NCBI GenBank assembly: GCA_947467315.1
Contig: CANIID010000001.1
Span: forward strand, 579 to 64,578
Origin: Betaproteobacteria bacterium
GTDB taxonomy: Bacteria > Pseudomonadota > Gammaproteobacteria > Burkholderiales > SG8-41
Length of the DNA: 64,000 nucleotides
Direction: 5' to 3'
The translations under genes and the position numbers were made by a program. Below are positions 1 through 9,028 of this stretch, one piece after another. Below the pieces are notes generated by a model. That model worked only from the letters and a program-made list of their open reading frames with translations, ran no database searches and was not told the origin of the DNA. The stretch's first letter is position 1. Each line of letters opens with the position of its first letter.

Positions 1-2258
1 TAGATTTTTTTCTGCGCGCATTGGCATTGGATGCGCGCGATCAGGCTATCGGCGTCATTCTCTCCGGCATGGGCTCAGACGGCGCACTCGGCGCACGCGC
101 AATCCATGCGCAAGGCGGACTGGTGTTGGTGCAGACGCCGGACTCGGCCAAGTTCTACAGCATGCCGCGCAGCATTCTGGATGCGGGGCTGGCCGATATA
201 GCGGCGCCGGCGGCGGAATTGCCGAAAAGAATCATGGATTATCTTGGCCAGGTTGCGATGGGGAAAAGCCATGGTGACGCCAGCGACTCGCTGCACGATA
301 GCCCTGCCATGGATGCGCGGAGCAGTTTCGACAATATCGTTATTCTGTTGCGAGAGCGTAGCGGAAACGACTTTTCGCTTTACAAGAAAAGCACCGTTTA
401 CCGCCGTGTCGAACGGCGCATGGCGATCCATCGCGTCGCCACGATTGCCTTGTATGTGCGCTTTCTGCGCGAAAATCCGCAGGAGCTGGATCTGTTGTTC
501 AAGGAGCTATTGATCGGCGTCACGGCTTTCTTCCGCGACCCGGCGGCGTGGGTGGACGTGCAGGAGCAGGTGATGACGCCGCTGTTGAAAGCGGCGTCGA
601 AAAAAACAGGAAACCTGGCGTCAAAGGCGACGGTACTGCGTGCGTGGGTGGCGGGTTGCTCGACGGGCGAAGAGGCCTATACCCTGGCTATGGTTTTTCG
701 CGAGGCGCTCGACCGCGTAAAACCGCTGGGCCGCATCGCCTTGCAGATATTCGCTACCGATATCGATCCGGACGCCATTGATCAAGCGCGGCGCGGCTGC
801 TACCCGGCCAATATAGCCGCCGACGTTTCAGAAGCCCGCCTCGCGCGGTTTTTTGTCAAGGAAGGCGCGCAAGGCGTTTACCGCATCGTCAAGGATATCC
901 GCGAGATGGTGATATTTGCGCCGCATAACGTTTTCATGGATGCGCCGTTCACCAAGCTGGATATTTTGTGCTGCCGCAACCTGCTGATTTATTTCAATGC
1001 GGAATTGCAAGCGACAATATTGCCGCTGTTTCACTACAGTCTGAACGCGGGCGGCATACTGTTTCTGGGCAGCGCCGAGACCACAGGCGTGAATTCGCGC
1101 CTGTTTGATCCCCTGAAAAGCCGATGGCGGCTTTATCGCAATAGCGCCGGCGTGCAGCACAGGGTGGAATTGGATTTTCCCAGCCGTCAAAAACCGTTGC
1201 ACGCGCCTGCGTCCGACGTGATGCGCGCACGCCCTGCCGCCGCCAATTTGCAGACGTTGGCGGATCAAATGCTGCTGCAGCAGTTTTGTCCGTGTGCCGT
1301 GCTGGTCAGCCGCGAAGGCGATATTCTGTATATCAACGGACATACCGGCGATTACCTGGAGCCGGCCGCCGGCAAGGCCAACTGGAATATCTATGTGATG
1401 GCGCGCGGCGGGTTGCGTCAGGCGATTGCAGCGGCTATGCCCAAGGTCCTGCGCGGCACGCAAAGCGTGGTAGTGAGCGGCATCGAAGTGGGTGCGCGCC
1501 GCGTGGATATTACCGTGCAGCTGCTCGTTGAATCGCCGGCTTTGCAGGGCACGGTGATGATTGTATTCGCCGAGGTGATGCCATTGCCTGCGGCAACCGC
1601 CACGCGGGGACGTGCGCGCGCGGTAGAGCGGGAATTGCGGCAGGCGCACGCCCAACTGCAATCGATGGCGGAGGAAATGCAGGCCTCGAAGGAAGAGCTC
1701 AAGTCCGCCAACGAGGAACTGCAATCCACCAATGAGGAATTACAGTCCACCAACGAGGAATTGACCACCTCCAAGGAGGAGTTGCAGTCGCTGAATGAAG
1801 AGTTGCAGGCGGTGAATGCCGAGCTGCAAGCCAAGGTGGACGATTTGTCCAGCGCCAACAGCGATTTAAACAACCTGTTGAACAGCTCTGATATCGCCAC
1901 CGTCTTTCTCGACAACGCGCTGCACGTTCGGCGCTTCACGCCGCAGGCGACGCGGATTTTCAAACTGATCGCCGGCGATGCGGGCCGCCCCTTGTCGGAC
2001 ATCGTTACCGACCTGGATTACGCGGCGTTGCAAGACGACGCCCGCGAAGTGCTGCGCACCCTCTTGTACTGTGAAAAACAGATCACCACGCGCGACGGGC
2101 GCTGGTTCATGACGCGCATCATGCCCTATCGCACGGTGGAGAATGTCATCGACGGCGTGGTGATTACCTTCACCGATATTTCCGTGGCCAAACATCTGGA
2201 AGCGGAATTGCGCAAAGCGCGAGAGCTGGCGCCGCCCGCTGGAAACGATCTGCGATGA
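1..2258 (+). CDS. CheB-like methylesterase / CheR-type methyltransferase / PAS fusion protein, 5' end outside the window
   Basis: The frame is open to base 1. N-terminus has GVILSGMGSDG (CheB-like). A CheR-type SAM-methyltransferase region follows (AWVAGCSTGEEAYTLA). Then an EELQSTNEEL heptad coiled coil and a C-terminal PAS-like region. Confidence 0.85.
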   Translation, partial: DFFLRALALDARDQAIGVILSGMGSDGALGARAIHAQGGLVLVQTPDSAKFYSMPRSILDAGLADIAAPAAELPKRIMDYLGQVAMGKSHGDASDSLHDSPAMDARSSFDNIVILLRERSGNDFSLYKKSTVYRRVERRMAIHRVATIALYVRFLRENPQELDLLFKELLIGVTAFFRDPAAWVDVQEQVMTPLLKAASKKTGNLASKATVLRAWVAGCSTGEEAYTLAMVFREALDRVKPLGRIALQIFATDIDPDAIDQARRGCYPANIAADVSEARLARFFVKEGAQGVYRIVKDIREMVIFAPHNVFMDAPFTKLDILCCRNLLIYFNAELQATILPLFHYSLNAGGILFLGSAETTGVNSRLFDPLKSRWRLYRNSAGVQHRVELDFPSRQKPLHAPASDVMRARPAAANLQTLADQMLLQQFCPCAVLVSREGDILYINGHTGDYLEPAAGKANWNIYVMARGGLRQAIAAAMPKVLRGTQSVVVSGIEVGARRVDITVQLLVESPALQGTVMIVFAEVMPLPAATATRGRARAVERELRQAHAQLQSMAEEMQASKEELKSANEELQSTNEELQSTNEELTTSKEELQSLNEELQAVNAELQAKVDDLSSANSDLNNLLNSSDIATVFLDNALHVRRFTPQATRIFKLIAGDAGRPLSDIVTDLDYAALQDDAREVLRTLLYCEKQITTRDGRWFMTRIMPYRTVENVIDGVVITFTDISVAKHLEAELRKARELAPPAGNDLR

Positions 2259-3298
2259 AAGCGCCGGGAAGGCAGTCTGGATCCGGCACGTTGCGCCGCA
2301 GCGCCGAACGGCGCATCAAGGCAGGCGCCGCACCGCCGCTACCCGTGGCGGCGGACGACACCGTGAGGCTGCTGCATGAAATGAGCGTGTATCAGATCGA
2401 GCTGGAATTGCAAAACGAGGAACTGCGCCAGGCCCGGCATCAGGCCGAATTGGCGATCGCAAGATACAAACAGGAGGCCAAGGCTGCGCGTTTTGCCCGC
2501 GCCGAGGCCGAAGCCGCTAATCTCGCGAAGACCCTGTTCCTCGCCACCCTATCGCACGAGATACGTACGCCGCTATACGGCATACAGCTCGCGGCGGATG
2601 GCCTAAGGCGGCGCGATCTTGGCGAAGAGAAGCACCGCGAATTCGCGGACATGATCGCAGCCTTGGGGCGCCACTTGCGGACGCTGCTCGACAGCATTCT
2701 GGATTCGTCCAAAATCGAGGCCGGCAGAATGGAGCTTTATTGCCAGACGGTTGACCTAAAGGCGCTCGGCGAAGACGTCACTGCGCTGTTTGCCGAGGCG
2801 GCGCACGCCAAGGGTTTGCACATCGAGTTTGTGTGGCCGGGCGGTCGGGATCATTGTTATAGCACCGATGCCGTGCGTGTTCGGCAGATGCTGGCGAATC
2901 TGGTGAGCAATGCGATCAAATTCACGAACTCGGGATTCGTGCGCGTGGAGGCGCACGAAATCAGCCGCGCGGCGCGCGAAGCCGTGCTTGAATTCGCGGT
3001 GTCCGACAGCGGTATCGGCATAGCACCGGAGAAGCACGTTTTGCTGTTCAAGCGTTTTTCGCAGGTGGATGCATCGCACACACGCCGTCAGGATGGCGCG
3101 GGGTTGGGACTGTCCATTGTCAAGGGCATGGCCATTCGCATGGGTGGCGAGGCCGGGGTGGAAAGTGGCGCCGGTAAAGGCGCGCGATTCTGGTTTCGCA
3201 TACGCGCCGGCCTGGACGTGGCGCGCGACACCAAGTCTAGCGCCAAGCCGCGCAGAAACCAACCGCGCGGCAGCCCAGTGCTAACGGTGAAACCATGA
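2255..3298 (+). CDS. Sensor histidine kinase (HisKA + HATPase_c), no obvious TM or receiver domain
   Basis: ATGA overlap with the upstream stop. H-box LSHEIRTPL. G-boxes DSGIGI and GAGLGLSIV. N-terminal QIELELQNEEL coiled coil. Confidence 0.85.
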   Translation: MKAPGRQSGSGTLRRSAERRIKAGAAPPLPVAADDTVRLLHEMSVYQIELELQNEELRQARHQAELAIARYKQEAKAARFARAEAEAANLAKTLFLATLSHEIRTPLYGIQLAADGLRRRDLGEEKHREFADMIAALGRHLRTLLDSILDSSKIEAGRMELYCQTVDLKALGEDVTALFAEAAHAKGLHIEFVWPGGRDHCYSTDAVRVRQMLANLVSNAIKFTNSGFVRVEAHEISRAAREAVLEFAVSDSGIGIAPEKHVLLFKRFSQVDASHTRRQDGAGLGLSIVKGMAIRMGGEAGVESGAGKGARFWFRIRAGLDVARDTKSSAKPRRNQPRGSPVLTVKP

Positions 3299-3554
3299 AT
3301 CTATCAAAGTGCAGCGCCTTCCGCCGCGCTTCCCTTTAACGGACACTGCGAGCCGGTATGCGCAAGACTCCCAACGGCGCTTCGAGGTTGGCAGGAATGA
3401 TTTTCTTGCCACACCCATCGATTTGAACCGGCTGAAAGCGAGACGCGCCAAATGGTTGGAAAAGGCAAATCAAATTGGCCAGTCAGTGGCCAGTGATGGA
3501 CATCGCGCGATCCTTGCCACAAAATTCAGCCTCCTTACCGATGTGGAAAACATA

Positions 3555-4526
3555 GTGGCTACGACAGTTCGTATATTGGTTGGCGTTTTGGCGGCGCTCT
3601 CATGCTGTGCCGCTCCGGTGGCGGCGCAAGGTTATCCCGCGAAACCCATTCGCATCGTCGTGCCGTACCCGCCCGGCGGCGGCACGGATATCGTCGCGCG
3701 CACGCTGGCGCAGTTGATGACGCCGAGCATGGGCCAGCAGGTGGTGGTCGAAAACCGTGGTGGCGCGGGCGGCAATATCGGCATGGATGCGGTGGCGAAG
3801 GCGCCCCCCGATGGCTATACGCTGGTGTTCGCGATTACCGCGCAGTTGGCGGTGAATCCCAGTTTGTTTCCGAAGCTGCCGTTTGACTTGATACGCGACT
3901 ACGCGCCGATCACGCTGGCGGGCATTGCACCGTATCTGCTGGTGGTGCATCCGTCGTTGCCGGCGAAGTCGATGACGGATTTCCTCACGCTGGCACGCAA
4001 TGCGCCCAATGAATTACGCTATGGTTCGGCGGGAAACGGCAGCGGCTCGCACCTTGCGGGTGAAATGCTGAATTCGCTGGCGCGCGTGAAGACGATGCAT
4101 ATTCCGTACAAGGGCGGCGCGCCGGCGATGACGGATTTGATCGCGGGGCAGGTGCAAATCAGTTATCTCACGTACACCTCGACCAGTGCTTTTCTGCGCA
4201 ATGGCCGCTTGCGCGCACTGGGCGTCACCACGTTGAAACGTTCACCGGTGTTGCCCGATCTGCCGGCGATAGCGGAATCCGTGCCCGGCTACGACTCCTC
4301 GGTCTGGTACGGCGCGCTGGCGCCTGCGGGTACGCCGCCGGATATCGTGGCGCGCCTGAATCGCGAATTCGTCGCTGCGCTGAAGACGAATGAATTGCGC
4401 CAACGCCTGAGGCCAGAAGCGTTCGAGGCCCTCGGCAGCACGCCGGAGTATCTGGGCGACTACATGAAAAAAGAAATTGCCCGCTGGGCGAAGCTGGTGA
4501 AGGAAACCGGCGCGAAAATAGATTAA
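3555..4526 (+). CDS. Bug/TctC-family tripartite tricarboxylate transporter substrate-binding protein
   Basis: Signal peptide ends AAQ, followed by GYPAKPIRIVVPYPPGGGTD. Start is probably GTG 3555 or 3543. The ORF-track extension back to 3309 looks non-coding. Confidence 0.85.
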   Translation: MATTVRILVGVLAALSCCAAPVAAQGYPAKPIRIVVPYPPGGGTDIVARTLAQLMTPSMGQQVVVENRGGAGGNIGMDAVAKAPPDGYTLVFAITAQLAVNPSLFPKLPFDLIRDYAPITLAGIAPYLLVVHPSLPAKSMTDFLTLARNAPNELRYGSAGNGSGSHLAGEMLNSLARVKTMHIPYKGGAPAMTDLIAGQVQISYLTYTSTSAFLRNGRLRALGVTTLKRSPVLPDLPAIAESVPGYDSSVWYGALAPAGTPPDIVARLNREFVAALKTNELRQRLRPEAFEALGSTPEYLGDYMKKEIARWAKLVKETGAKID

Positions 4527-4560
4527 TTCAAGATCGTTGAACTCAAGGAAAGAAAGTACG

Positions 4561-5430
4561 ATGTCCGCACAACTGAACAGCAAAGCCGAGTTCAAACCCG
4601 CTCCCTACACCGATCAATACATCGAAGTCGCAGGCCTCAAACTGCATGTGCAGGACTACGGCACGGCCGGCAAGCCTGCAATACTGTGCGTGCATGGCGG
4701 CGCCGCGCATGCGCACTGGTTTGATTTCATCGCGAGCGGTTTTACCGCCGATTACCATGTGCGCGCCATCGATCAGCGCGGCCACGGCGACAGCGCGTGG
4801 GATACCTCATCGACGCCGGATTATTCGTATCAGCGCTACGCCGCAGATCTCAACGCGGCGGTTGAACAGCTTGATCTGCGCGACTTCATTTTGGTCGGAC
4901 ATTCGATGGGCGGTGTGGTTTCCACCGTGTATACCGCCACTTATCCGGGGCGCGTGAAGGCGTTCATTCTGATCGACTCCACCATTTGTATGCCGCCGGA
5001 GCGCATCGCCAGCATGCAGGCGGTGGGCAATCGCGAAGGGCGTCACTACGCGACCCAGGAAGAATTCCTCGCGAATTACAAAGTGCGTCCCGCAGGCAGT
5101 GTGGCCGCGCCCGAGGTGATACGGCACATCGCGCAACACAGCGGACGCTTGTTCGAGGATGGCCGCTGGCGTTACAAAGTGGATCGCAGAATTTACGCCA
5201 TGCGTCAACGCATGGACAGTTTCCCGTACTGGAACAACATCAAAATTCCCGCGCTGCTGATGAGAGGCGGACTTAGTGCGCGCATCACGCCGGACGTGAT
5301 CGGCGAAGTAAAGTCGCGCGCGCCGCAGGTGCAGGTCGCCGAGGTTGCCAACAGCGATCACCACGTGACGCTCGACAATCCGGCGGGATTCATTCAGGCA
5401 ATGCAGGAATTTATCAATAAAAACAAATAG
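4561..5430 (+). CDS. Alpha/beta-fold hydrolase
   Basis: HGGAAH oxyanion region, nucleophile elbow GHSMGG, C-terminal DH. AAGGAAAG RBS precedes ATG 4561. Confidence 0.8.
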   Translation: MSAQLNSKAEFKPAPYTDQYIEVAGLKLHVQDYGTAGKPAILCVHGGAAHAHWFDFIASGFTADYHVRAIDQRGHGDSAWDTSSTPDYSYQRYAADLNAAVEQLDLRDFILVGHSMGGVVSTVYTATYPGRVKAFILIDSTICMPPERIASMQAVGNREGRHYATQEEFLANYKVRPAGSVAAPEVIRHIAQHSGRLFEDGRWRYKVDRRIYAMRQRMDSFPYWNNIKIPALLMRGGLSARITPDVIGEVKSRAPQVQVAEVANSDHHVTLDNPAGFIQAMQEFINKNK

Positions 5431-5576
5431 TTGCGCACTGGGTCGCGCGCATCGCGTTTCATAGTTCGTGTGCGCAACGGTAATTTCTGGCATACGCAAT
5501 GTGTATTACTCGTCGCGGCCTGCGCCCTGTGTTTGCTACCATAGGCTCGTCGATATTGTTCTGCGAAGGAATCATC

Positions 5577-5798
5577 ATGCACACTGCGGACCTCATAGCG
5601 CTACCCTTGGCTGAACGCCTTCAAGCGATGGAAGCGTTATGGGAATCGTTGTGCCGTGACGCGCCCGATAGCCTGCTGTCGCCCGCGTGGCATGCGGATG
5701 TGTTGGCGGCGCGCGCGAAGGCGCTGGATAGCGGTGCAGACCCCACCAGCGCATGGGTTGATGTGAAGCAGCGCATACACGCGAAGACGAATACGTAA
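5577..5798 (+). CDS. Putative addiction-module antitoxin component (small acidic protein)
   Basis: 73 aa, LPLAERLQAMEALWESL motif. GAAGGA RBS before ATG 5577. Lies directly upstream of a ParE/RelE-like ORF. Confidence 0.6.
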   Translation: MHTADLIALPLAERLQAMEALWESLCRDAPDSLLSPAWHADVLAARAKALDSGADPTSAWVDVKQRIHAKTNT

Positions 5799-5809
5799 CG
5801 CGCGCGCCG

Positions 5810-6106
5810 TTGATGGAAATCCGACTCACGCGCTCGGCCGAAGAGGACTTAGTGCGTGGATTCGCGTTTTATGAGGTGCAGCAGCAGTCGCTCGGGACTT
5901 ACTTCCTGGACAGCCTGTACGCCGACATCGATTCATTGATGCTGTATGCGGGAATCCATGCCAAGCCTTTGGGCAGATTTCATCGTGCGCTATCCAAACG
6001 GTTTCCGTTTGCCATTTATTACGAAATCAAGATTGACGTGGTTACCGTCGTGGCAATTCTTGATTGCAGACAGAATCCCGGCGCGACAAAAGCCCGTCTG
6101 GCTTGA
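5810..6106 (+). CDS. ParE/RelE-family toxin (plasmid stabilisation system protein)
   Basis: 98 aa with the typical pattern: A..DL..I..Y at the N-terminus, then FPFAIYYEI....V.VVAILD.RQNP. Confidence 0.65.
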   Translation: MMEIRLTRSAEEDLVRGFAFYEVQQQSLGTYFLDSLYADIDSLMLYAGIHAKPLGRFHRALSKRFPFAIYYEIKIDVVTVVAILDCRQNPGATKARLA

Positions 6107-6233
6107 CCTTGCAAGGCGTGTTCTGTGTGGCTAAGGCAACAGGAATCAAAGTCGAATAGGTTGTTGAATTACCGCCTTCTGGCAATGCGGATGGCGCAGC
6201 GGCGCGTGAGCCTATCGAGCGGGCCTATTCGCG

Positions 6234-7275
6234 CTAGCGCGCCGAGCGATATTGTGGGTTCGTGGTGAGCCCTTCGACAGGCTCAGGATAGGCACAGTGA
6301 ATGCCAATATTCGTGTTCGCCGTACCGGGGATATTGGGATTGCCAGTCCAACCTACACGGGCTAGCTCAGTCAACGTGCTGGGATATACGAATCTGCGTT
6401 CCTCCCTTCTCAAACACGCCGCACGTAACAATAAATCGTTTGCTATCCGGATGCCACGAACTGAAGTGGCAATGCGTTGACTCGACTACTCGTTTTACAA
6501 TTTCTCCCGATGTTGTGTCTATCACAGTCACCGAACTGTACCCTCCGAGGCCTTTGTCTGAATAACTATATGCGCCGACGGCAATTAGATTGTCGTCTGG
6601 TGCGAAATGCAAATGTACAGTTGAAGGATCTTCCATTAACGTTGCAATATGCCGCTCTCGCTGAGAGCCGAAATCGTAAAATTATATTACTGTGCTATAG
6701 AATGAAGAGCTTCTGTCGCTCAATACAGGCACTTCGATTTGTTGATTCTTGGACAAGTTTGGCCGCTCTCAAGGGGAATACGACACTTGAATGGGCGATT
6801 GAATCTTGCCAGCAGCCTTTCCGTCGGTCAGCCGATACATGGTGTCCCCGGCAATCACTACATCGCCTCCTGCCCATCGCAATCCGCCGTAACCAGCATT
6901 CTCTAATGTAACCACCTTTATGCCATCGTTCACACGCCAAGCTCCCAAATTCGAATGGTCACTTGGCCTAACCACGAAGTAATTGCCGTCTGGCGAGACA
7001 TTGGGGTTGCTGTCCCATGCAATGGTTACAGGCAAGGTATAACTTTTAAGAAGCTCTAACGTATTGCTGTCAACTAACGCAACCGCGACATTTCGGCCGC
7101 TGTTAGAAGCGCTGCGATATCCCACAATAACAGCGACGGGCGAGTCGTTCTTGAATCCCATACTTGCGCTGTTCAGCCCTTCTAACGACAAGGAGGGCTG
7201 AGGTAATTGGACGCATCCCACTAGACCGAGGATCATTGTGATCAAAATGAAAAACTGAATCTTCGAATTGTGCAT
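6234..7275 (-). pseudogene. Decayed lipoprotein gene with PD40/TolB-like beta-propeller repeats
   Basis: Lipobox LVGC at the N-terminus. One frame runs from 7275 to 6367 but is broken by in-frame TGA (6769-6771) and TAA (6682-6684). Similarity then continues in another frame to 6234. The region is clearly lower in GC than its flanks. Confidence 0.6.
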
Positions 7276-7313
7276 GCTATTCTTTATGTCGATAGATTCT
7301 TTGCCGTACCTGC

Positions 7314-8774
7314 TCAGGCGGTCGCCACCGCCGCCGCCACCGTCAACCCCAGCTCATCCGCCACCGCCTTCTCAACCACCGTGCCCTTGAAAAACCCCGG
7401 ATTATTCCGTGTATGTAATAGCGCAGCATTGGTAAACGTGAACTCACGGAAATCCTGATCGGTGATGAAGCCCTTTTCCACGTTTTCATAGGCTTCGGGA
7501 ATCACGTCGTTGAAATCCGGCACATCGAAATGCGTGAAGTCGGAGCTGAACACCGGGCGTAGCCGCACGCCCATGCGCGGATCGAAGGCCCACATCGTTG
7601 CGCGGTCATCGGCTTCGCAGCCGAAGAAAAAGTTCCCGGAAAACACCGCGCGGATATCGGCTTTGGAGTTAACACCCGCCGCTTCAAAATCATCGGTGAC
7701 ATGCTCGGGCTGCGAGAGTTCTTCGAGGCTGCACTCGGGGCGGAACGCATCCAGATTATTCACGATCGCGTCGGTGTGGGCTTTCAGGCGCGCGTCGCCG
7801 TAACGGGCGATGAATTGTCTTAGTTCGGCGACGTGGGTGGTGTTCGGATATTGCAAGCCGGCGCGGCGGCGTTTTTCCCAGTGCTCGATCATGTCGCCGA
7901 CCATCTGGCAGGCCCAGCTGACGCCGCCTTCCATGAAGCCAAAATTCAGGCTGGGGAAGCGGCGCGCGACACCACCGAGAAATACGCCGCGCGCGAAAGC
8001 ATGATTCGATTCAGCGAAGTGGCCGACGTGGTTGTAAGTGAAGTTGCTGATCGAGGCGCGATCCGACCAGCGCGGGCTACCCGAATGTTGCGTCACGGCC
8101 ACGCCGAGTTCGACGCAGCGCCGCCAGAACGGATCGTAGTCATAAGGGCTGTCGAGCGCGATGGTGTCGCAATACCACGCGGCTTTTTGCGGGTCGATGC
8201 CTTCGGCGGCGCCGGGAATCACGCGCTCCTGATTGCCACGCAGCATGATTGCCCTGAACCCCAATGTCCCCACCGCGTATTCCAGCTCGTCGATAGCCTG
8301 CCGAGGCGTGCGTGCGGGCAACACGGCGACGGGGGCGAAGCGCGAACGAAATGGCGCAAACATATCCGCCGTCATGCGGTTGTAGGCGCGTGCCGACGCA
8401 TGGTGCAGCTCGTCATCGAGCATCGCATTGATGGTGAGGCCGAAGCTCGGATACATGATCGCAAAATCGATGCCCAATTCCGGCAGGCGTTCGTTGAGCA
8501 GGGCAGGCAGCAGCGCCGTTGCCTTGTCCAGCGTATGACTGGTGACACCCCACCAGATGGCACGGCGCAGGCGATGGTGCTGGCGTTCCTCGACGGTGGA
8601 GCGATACCACGCGTTGTTGCGATGCCACAGCGCGCGGATTTTATCGACGCACGCAGGGCCGCCGACTTCGCTCAGGTATTCCAGAAAGACCGGGATCGGC
8701 TCCATCCAGTGTCCGTCGCCGTCGATGACCGGGTGTTTCAACCCGGCGCGTATCTGTGTTGCGCGATTGCCCAT
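7314..8774 (-). CDS. Amidohydrolase-2 family metal-dependent hydrolase/decarboxylase-like protein
   Basis: N-terminal VIDGDGHWMEP motif typical of amidohydrolase_2. Start taken at MGNRAT (8774). Confidence 0.8.
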   Translation of the reverse strand: MGNRATQIRAGLKHPVIDGDGHWMEPIPVFLEYLSEVGGPACVDKIRALWHRNNAWYRSTVEERQHHRLRRAIWWGVTSHTLDKATALLPALLNERLPELGIDFAIMYPSFGLTINAMLDDELHHASARAYNRMTADMFAPFRSRFAPVAVLPARTPRQAIDELEYAVGTLGFRAIMLRGNQERVIPGAAEGIDPQKAAWYCDTIALDSPYDYDPFWRRCVELGVAVTQHSGSPRWSDRASISNFTYNHVGHFAESNHAFARGVFLGGVARRFPSLNFGFMEGGVSWACQMVGDMIEHWEKRRRAGLQYPNTTHVAELRQFIARYGDARLKAHTDAIVNNLDAFRPECSLEELSQPEHVTDDFEAAGVNSKADIRAVFSGNFFFGCEADDRATMWAFDPRMGVRLRPVFSSDFTHFDVPDFNDVIPEAYENVEKGFITDQDFREFTFTNAALLHTRNNPGFFKGTVVEKAVADELGLTVAAAVATA

Positions 8775-9028
8775 GGTCACTGCTCCTTTCGCGAGTTTAA
8801 AGAACACTAGCCTCAAGCCGGTGAGTCGTCAATTATCGGCAACCCGCATGTCGGCAACCCGCATCGTGCCGGACGTACCGCAGGTCGAATCCACTAAATG
8901 GGCCAATGCGCTGAAACGTAGAGAATTTCACCCGGCGCAGTAGCGCGTAGTAGCTTTATGGCGGGCACCGGGGTTAAAGTAATGCGGTTGCGTATCGCCA
9001 TCCGTACCATCCAATGAAGGGGGAGATC

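Noticed and set aside
1681-1810. Nucleotide-level periodicity (about 21-nt units) in the CheR fusion gene
   Set aside because: It simply encodes the EELQSTNEEL heptad coiled coil that is a normal feature of this protein family. It is not an independent DNA repeat.
3309-3554. 82-codon N-terminal extension of the first Bug ORF
   Set aside because: The extension has no signal-peptide character, and the canonical Bug signal peptide starts at GTG 3543/3555. It is therefore treated as the intergenic region after the histidine kinase gene.
6769-6771. In-frame TGA in the PD40 lipoprotein frame as possible selenocysteine or readthrough
   Set aside because: A second in-frame TAA lies 85 nt downstream, followed by a frame change. 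No SECIS-like hairpin was noticed. Pseudogenisation is the simpler reading.
8940-9013. Possible sigma-54 or other specific promoter directly upstream of PQQ dehydrogenase paralog 1 (GGCACCGGGGTTAAAG)
   Set aside because: There is no GC at the -12 position, so the match is limited to GGCAC alone.
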